From positions 2,442,055 through 2,506,054 of the forward strand of contig CAWJWG010000001.1 in NCBI GenBank assembly GCA_963846545.1: DNA of 64,000 bases, in the 5' to 3' direction. Both the position numbers and the translations under genes were made by a program. Positions 59,401 to 64,000 of this stretch are shown here, in pieces. Under the pieces are notes generated by a model. It was not told where the DNA came from, did not search any database, and saw only the letters and a list, made by a program, of their open reading frames with translations. Positions within the stretch are counted from its first letter, which is position 1, and each line of letters opens with the position of its first letter. Origin of the DNA: an uncultured Gemmatimonadales bacterium. Its GTDB lineage: Bacteria; Gemmatimonadota; Gemmatimonadetes; Gemmatimonadales; GWC2-71-9.

Positions 59401-60073
59401 GGCTCGGAAACCTCCCCCGGTACCAGCCGGTGATCATGCCTCGCAGCGACGCGGGGTCCGCCACGAAGACAAGCACCACGTGCAGCAGGGTGAAGCCGGC
59501 GAAGATCCACACGCTCAGGAAGTGCCAGTACCGGGCCAGCTCGTACCCGCCGAACAGACCGGTGAGCCAGGCGAGCTGCACCGGCTTGTAGATGGCGAAG
59601 CCGCTGAGCGTGGCCACCGCTCCCAGGGCCACGATGAAGGTGTAGGCGCCCTTCTGCAGCGCGTTGTGCTTGCCCTGCGGCGGGTGGTCCTTCCGGAGCC
59701 GCAGGTAGTAGAGCTGCATCGCGATCGCGGGCCGCACGTCCCGCGGACGGAAGAGCAGCGACCGCCATTCGCCCGAGAGCGCGAGGAAGCCGAGGTACAC
59801 CAGGCCGGTGATCACGAACGGCCAGGCCAGCGCGAAGTGCCAGTTGAGTCCCCCGGCAAGCCACCCGCCCAGTCGAGCCCACTGGGGAATCGACTGGCCG
59901 TCCAGCGGGTTGGGGAGCGGCGAGGGCTCGCCACGCGGGCCGAAATGGCGATAGGCCATGTAGATCTGGAGACCGCTCGCGATCATGCCGAGCAGCACCA
60001 CCGCGTTGAGCCAGTGGGCCAACCGGACCAGGCCGTGATGCCGCTTGACCAACGGCCGGGTGGATGACGTCAT
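59393..60073 (-). CDS. membrane cytochrome b (b561 / hydrogenase-type) partner of the Mo-oxidoreductase
   Basis: Start MTSSTRPLVKRH at 60073. His-bearing helices (RLAHWLNAV, NWHFALAW, YWHFLSVW, TLLHVVLV). 8-nt overlap with the downstream gene. Confidence 0.8.
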   Translation of the reverse strand: MTSSTRPLVKRHHGLVRLAHWLNAVVLLGMIASGLQIYMAYRHFGPRGEPSPLPNPLDGQSIPQWARLGGWLAGGLNWHFALAWPFVITGLVYLGFLALSGEWRSLLFRPRDVRPAIAMQLYYLRLRKDHPPQGKHNALQKGAYTFIVALGAVATLSGFAIYKPVQLAWLTGLFGGYELARYWHFLSVWIFAGFTLLHVVLVFVADPASLRGMITGWYRGRFPSHG

Positions 60074-60512
60074 GGAGACCCTGACATGATGGCGTGACAC
60101 GCGCTTCCGAACGGGAACAACCCTACAACGCCGCCTACGGCCCGGCGGTTCTCCGGAGATCTTCGGCTGGATCGGCGGTGGCCCGACCGCCTTCTGTCGG
60201 GCGAGAACAGGGCAACGCTTTTCGACGTACATGTACCAGACGCCGGATGGCTTCCTCTACGTACCGAAGAGTCCCTTTCACCCTATCCGATTCCGTCCTC
60301 CGCCGGCACCACGAGCGACCAGCAGGCGTTCATCGGCCTGACCGGGTTCGAGCGCTGAGGCCGATCCGACAGATCCGCGGCGGCGCCGCGGGCGTTCTGT
60401 AGTAGCGGGGCGAGGTCGTCCTTGAACGCAAGATCACACACAGGTGGGTCCGGACGACGCTTCGAGGCTGGGGGGCGCACCGGACCGGCCACTCTCACCG
60501 GAGCGGAATACC

Positions 60513-60776
60513 ATGCGGACTGTGTCATTGCTGGCCACGATGCTCGTTGTTGCAGCCTGTTCGCGAAACCCCGATCCGGATACGGGCGCGACCGGCCGAG
60601 CGACCGACGCGATGGGCGATTCGACCATGATGAAGGATTCGAGTATGATGAAGGATTCGAGTATGATGAAGGACTCCTCGATGATGATGCACGACTCCTC
60701 GTCCATGATGACAGGCGACACCACTCGGGCCATGGGAGACAGTGCGCTCGTGGGCCAGGAGAGCGACTCCCGCTGA
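60513..60776 (+). CDS. small lipoprotein with Met-rich MMKDSS hexapeptide repeats
   Basis: GGAG about 9 nt upstream of the ATG. Signal and lipobox MRTVSLLATMLVVAAC. Mature part carries 15 Met, including 3x MMKDSS, then MMMHDSSSMM. Confidence 0.65.
   Translation: MRTVSLLATMLVVAACSRNPDPDTGATGRATDAMGDSTMMKDSSMMKDSSMMKDSSMMMHDSSSMMTGDTTRAMGDSALVGQESDSR
60627..60680 (+). repeat. 3 x 18-nt tandem repeat (ATGATGAAGGATTCGAGT) inside the Met-rich gene
   Basis: Units 1 and 2 are identical. Unit 3 differs only at synonymous or Ser-codon positions. A degenerate continuation runs to about 60710. Confidence 0.9.
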
Positions 60777-60883
60777 TCCATCACGTACCCGGCTTGCCTC
60801 CGCGGCCTCCAGCCGCGGACGAGGACGAACCCCTTCTTCGCTGGAAGGGGTTTCGTCGTTGTCGGCAGCTCTTCGTGGGTGTG

Positions 60884-61714
60884 ATGGCGCTGGCCTCCAC
60901 CGGATGCGCGCCGCGCCGAGCGGCCGAAGCCCTGCTGCTCGGCCATCACTTCCAACTCCTCGCGGACCGGCCCTACGACAGCGATGCCCGGCAGCGCCTG
61001 GACATCTATCGCCCGCGCGGCGAGCGCGCACCCGCACCGGTGGTCGTCTTCATCTATGGCGGCCGGTGGCAGTACGGCTCGAAGGAGCAGTACCGGCTGC
61101 TCGGCGATGCGTTCACCCGCGAAGGCGTGGTGGCGGTGGTCCCTGACTATCGCCTCGCCCCCGCGGTCAGCTTCCCCGGCTGGGTAGAGGATGCCGCGCA
61201 CGTCGTGCGCTGGGTCCACGACAGCATTGCCCGCTACGGCGGTGACCCTGAGCGGATTTTCCTCGTCGGACACTCGGCCGGCGGGCACACCGTCACCCTG
61301 CTCGGACTCGACGAGCATTTTCTCCGACAAGCGGGCGTCCCCGCCGGATCGGTGCGAGGCATCGTCAGCATGGCCGGACCCGTCGCCACCAGCTGGACGG
61401 ATGCCGACGTCCAGGCGTTGATGGGTCCCCGCGATGGCTGGCCGTCGACCTATCCCATCAGCTATGTGAACGCCACCGCCCCGCCCCTGCTGCTCCTGCA
61501 CGGTGAGCGGGATCGAACCGTGGCCGCCGCCAACTCGACGCGGCTCGCCGATCTGATCCACGGCCGCGGCGGCTGCGCACGGGTCATCACCTATCGCGGC
61601 CTCGGCCACGTCGGCATCGCGGTCGCGCTCTCGCTCCCGCGGCTGCCGATTGCGCCGGTGATGGACGACGTGATGCGCTTCGTCAAGCGCCCCGGCCCCA
61701 CGCTCGGCTGCTGA
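60884..61714 (+). CDS. alpha/beta-hydrolase fold esterase/lipase
   Basis: LDIYRP...PVVVFIYGGRW oxyanion region, nucleophile elbow GHSAGGH, LLLLHGERD. The start is uncertain (GTG 60875 to ATG 60884). Confidence 0.8.
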   Translation: MALASTGCAPRRAAEALLLGHHFQLLADRPYDSDARQRLDIYRPRGERAPAPVVVFIYGGRWQYGSKEQYRLLGDAFTREGVVAVVPDYRLAPAVSFPGWVEDAAHVVRWVHDSIARYGGDPERIFLVGHSAGGHTVTLLGLDEHFLRQAGVPAGSVRGIVSMAGPVATSWTDADVQALMGPRDGWPSTYPISYVNATAPPLLLLHGERDRTVAAANSTRLADLIHGRGGCARVITYRGLGHVGIAVALSLPRLPIAPVMDDVMRFVKRPGPTLGC

Positions 61715-61784
61715 GCGCGCCGGGCGCGGGCGGCAGGGGGCTCACTAGTGCGAGTGCGCCGACTCGGCCCGGTTCCTCGCCTTT

Positions 61785-61814
61785 TTGACCCCCTTCCCCC
61801 CACCCAACTAGATT
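61785..61814 (+). promoter_or_regulatory. sigma70-like promoter TTGACC-18-TAGATT upstream of tig
   Basis: The -10 box ends 10 nt before the tig ATG (61825), and no Shine-Dalgarno lies between them. Confidence 0.4.
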
Positions 61815-61824
61815 CCCCGGTCAA

Positions 61825-63078
61825 ATGAGCCAGATCACCGTCGAGAAGACCGCCGAGGATTCGGCCTCGAAGTCACTGCGCGTGACCGTGCCCGTGGACC
61901 GGGTGCGCGAGGCGGAGGCCAAGGCGGTGAAGTACTACGCCAAGCGCGCGCGCCTGCCCGGCTTCCGGCCCGGCAAGGCGCCCGACGCGGTCGTCCGCAA
62001 GCGCTTCAACGACGCGATCCGGCAGACGGTCCTGGAAGAGGTGCTGCGGGAAGGCTGGGAGACCGCCAAGAGCACCGAATCCCTCAAGCCGATCTCGGAC
62101 CCCTCGGTGCGGAACCTCAAGTTCGAGGAGGGGAGCCCGATCGAGTTCGACCTGCTGATCGAGGTGCGCCCCGAGATCAAGCTCGAGCGGGTCGGGGGGT
62201 TCAAGCTCGAGCGACGGAAGACGGCCGTGTCCGACAGCGCGGTCGACGAGCGGCTGGCGTCGCTGCAGGAGGCCAAGGCCGCGTGGATCCCGATCGCGGG
62301 GGAGAAGGCCTCGCCCGGGCAGATGGTCCGCGTGGAAGTCGCCCCGATCGAGGACGGGACCGCGGGCGCCTCGCAGCCGTACGATCTGGTGCTGGGTCAG
62401 AACCAGGCGATCCCCGAGCTGGAAGAGCGCATCATGGGGCTCCTGCCGGGCGAGACCACCGAGACGGAGGTCAAGTTCCCGGACGACCACCCCGACGAGA
62501 AGCGGCGGGGAGAGAGCCGCCGCGTGCGGGTGACCCTGCACGAAGTGAAGCGGCAGGAGCTCCCGGCGCTCGACGATGCCTTCGCCCGGGAGATGGGCGA
62601 CTTCGAGAACCTCGACGCCTTCCGCGCCGCCGTTCGGGCCGACCTCGAGGGCGACGCCGAGCGGGAAGCGGATGCGCAGGTGCGGCAGTCGCTGCTCGCC
62701 CAGGTGGTCGAGGCCAACGGGATCCAGGCCCCGGAGTCGCTGGTGCACCGCCTGATGCACGGTTACGCCGAGATCTATCGGATCCCACCCGACCAGCTCC
62801 CAGCCTTCGAGAAGCAGTTCCACGAGATCGCGGAGACCCAGGTGAAGCGCGACCTGGTGCTCGACGCCATCGTCGAGCAGCAGGGGCTTCGCGCCTCCGA
62901 GGCGGAGATCGACGCCCGGATTGCCACCATGGCGGAGGCGCGCGGGGTCTCGGCCGGCGAGCTCTACGGCTCGCTGCAGAAGGCGAATCGGCTGGCCGAG
63001 CTCGAGCGGGGGCTCACCGAGGAGAAGGCGTTCGCGTTCCTGCTGGGTCAATCCACTGTCGACGAGGCGGCATCCTGA
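61825..63078 (+). CDS. tig: trigger factor
   Basis: [18 protein letters not shown] ribosome-binding loop, central PPIase-like region, and the conserved tig-clpP-clpX order. Confidence 0.95.
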   Translation: MSQITVEKTAEDSASKSLRVTVPVDRVREAEAKAVKYYAKRARLPGFRPGKAPDAVVRKRFNDAIRQTVLEEVLREGWETAKSTESLKPISDPSVRNLKFEEGSPIEFDLLIEVRPEIKLERVGGFKLERRKTAVSDSAVDERLASLQEAKAAWIPIAGEKASPGQMVRVEVAPIEDGTAGASQPYDLVLGQNQAIPELEERIMGLLPGETTETEVKFPDDHPDEKRRGESRRVRVTLHEVKRQELPALDDAFAREMGDFENLDAFRAAVRADLEGDAEREADAQVRQSLLAQVVEANGIQAPESLVHRLMHGYAEIYRIPPDQLPAFEKQFHEIAETQVKRDLVLDAIVEQQGLRASEAEIDARIATMAEARGVSAGELYGSLQKANRLAELERGLTEEKAFAFLLGQSTVDEAAS

Positions 63079-63080
63079 CG

Positions 63081-63706
63081 ATGGCCACGATCTATCCGCC
63101 CTACATCATCGAGCGCTCCAGCCGCGGCGAGCGGACCTACGACATCTTTTCGCGACTCCTGATGGACCGGATCGTGTTCCTCGGGACCCCGATCAACGAC
63201 GACGTGTCCAACATCATCATCGCGCAGCTGCTCTTCCTCGAGGCGGACAACCCGGACAAGGACATCTACCTCTACATCAACTCGCCGGGCGGCGTGGTCT
63301 CGGCGGGGATGGCCATCTACGACACCATGCAGCACCTGCGCGCGCCGGTGAACACCATCTGCATGGGCATGGCGGCCTCGATGGGCTCCTTCCTGCTGGC
63401 CGCGGGCACCAAGGGCAAGCGGAGCGCGCTGCCCCACTCGCGGATCATGATCCATCAGCCGTCCGGCGGCGCCCAGGGCACCGCGGCGGACATCGAGATC
63501 CAGGCGCGGGAGATCCTCTACCTCCGCTCCAAGATGAACGCGCTTATGCGCTCCACACCGGCCAGCCGATCGAGACCATCGAGCGGGACATGGACCGGGA
63601 CCGGTTCATGAGCGCCGACGAGGCCAAGGCGTATGGCCTGATCGACAGCGTGTTTACGCCACGCAGGGACCTCGTTCCCAAGACGGACGGCAAGAAGGAG
63701 ACTTGA
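63081..63706 (+). pseudogene. clpP: ATP-dependent Clp protease proteolytic subunit, 1-nt frame change near codon 155 (probable sequencing error)
   Basis: RIVFLG...[10 protein letters not shown], catalytic [18 protein letters not shown] are in the frame of 63081. The conserved tail [34 protein letters not shown] lies in the -1 frame from about 63546. Confidence 0.85.
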
Positions 63707-63767
63707 CGCCCCCGGCGCCCGGACTCACCTTTCCGGCACCCCCATCCACTCCAGGCGACGCGGGTTC

Positions 63768-64000
63768 ATGTCCCACGACAAGCACCTCCGCTGCTCGTTC
63801 TGCGGCAAATCGAAGGACTCCGTCCGGAAGTTCATCTCCGGGCCGTCAGTCTACATCTGCAACGAGTGCATCACGCTCTGCAACGAGATCCTGGCGGAGG
63901 ATGAAGAGCGCGAGGTCGCGGAAGCGATCACCCAGGTCCCGACGCCGCGGCGAGATCAAGGACGTGCTGGACCAGTACGTGATCGGCCAGGAGCGCGCCA
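63768..64000 (+). CDS. clpX: ATP-dependent Clp protease ATP-binding subunit ClpX (5' fragment, runs off the window; frame change near 63948)
   Basis: Zinc-binding N-terminus [24 protein letters not shown]. The conserved [16 protein letters not shown] is readable only after a 1-nt shift. Confidence 0.85.
   Translation, partial: MSHDKHLRCSFCGKSKDSVRKFISGPSVYICNECITLCNEILAEDEEREVAEAITQVPTPRRDQGRAGPVRDRPGAR

Overview
High-GC (roughly 68-70% by eye) chromosomal window with about 60 genes, two tRNAs, and no rRNA, CRISPR array, transposase, integrase or phage genes. Gene content and order resemble a Gemmatimonadota-like genome, but that is only an inference. All calls rest on reading motifs in the supplied translations and the DNA; no similarity search was run.

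Main blocks:
1. 0.1-8.0 kb: a copper and N2O module. It contains a Tat-lipoprotein two-domain multicopper oxidase, a small membrane protein and a lipoprotein cupredoxin, followed by a tightly coupled clade-II-type nosZ-nosB-nosD-nosF-nosY operon. No nosR, nosX, nosL or cytochrome genes are present.
2. 9.4-15.8 kb, minus strand: the conserved ffh-rpsP-rimM-trmD-rplS-rnhB cluster, followed by an M1 aminopeptidase.
3. 15.8-23.4 kb: a Ser/Thr kinase with TPR repeats, a DUF445-like protein, an HExxH lipoprotein, a prepilin peptidase, a TrmH-family methyltransferase and thiD.
4. 23.5-30.0 kb, minus strand: a nucleotide scavenging operon (5'-nucleotidase, small ORF, adenosine deaminase, CNT transporter, purine nucleoside phosphorylase).
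5. 30.6-43.0 kb: a 12-gene phosphate block, arsR-phoB-phoR-porin-pstS-pstS-pstC-pstA-pstB-pstB-phoU-ppx.
6. 43-54.5 kb: rhomboid protease, dnaK, a deoC-ALDH operon, htrA and an M49-like lipoprotein.
7. 54.7-60.1 kb: a molybdenum neighbourhood (HTH-TOBE regulator-modABC, plus a cytochrome b / Mo-oxidoreductase pair).
8. 60.5-64 kb: a Met-rich repeat lipoprotein, an esterase, and tig-clpP-clpX.

Technical observation: at least eight single-nucleotide frame disruptions hit highly conserved genes (aminopeptidase 5' end, rnhB, ALDH three times, deoC, clpP, clpX). They cluster in three short zones and mostly sit in short G/C-rich or homopolymer contexts. Local sequence or assembly errors are more likely than real pseudogenes.

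No convincing novel multi-gene system was found. The most interesting items are the nos/copper architecture, the phosphate block with an ArsR-type regulator and duplicated pstS and pstB, a REP-like palindromic element present twice, a Met-rich hexapeptide-repeat lipoprotein, and a promoter-embedded palindrome in front of the HTH-TOBE/modABC operon.
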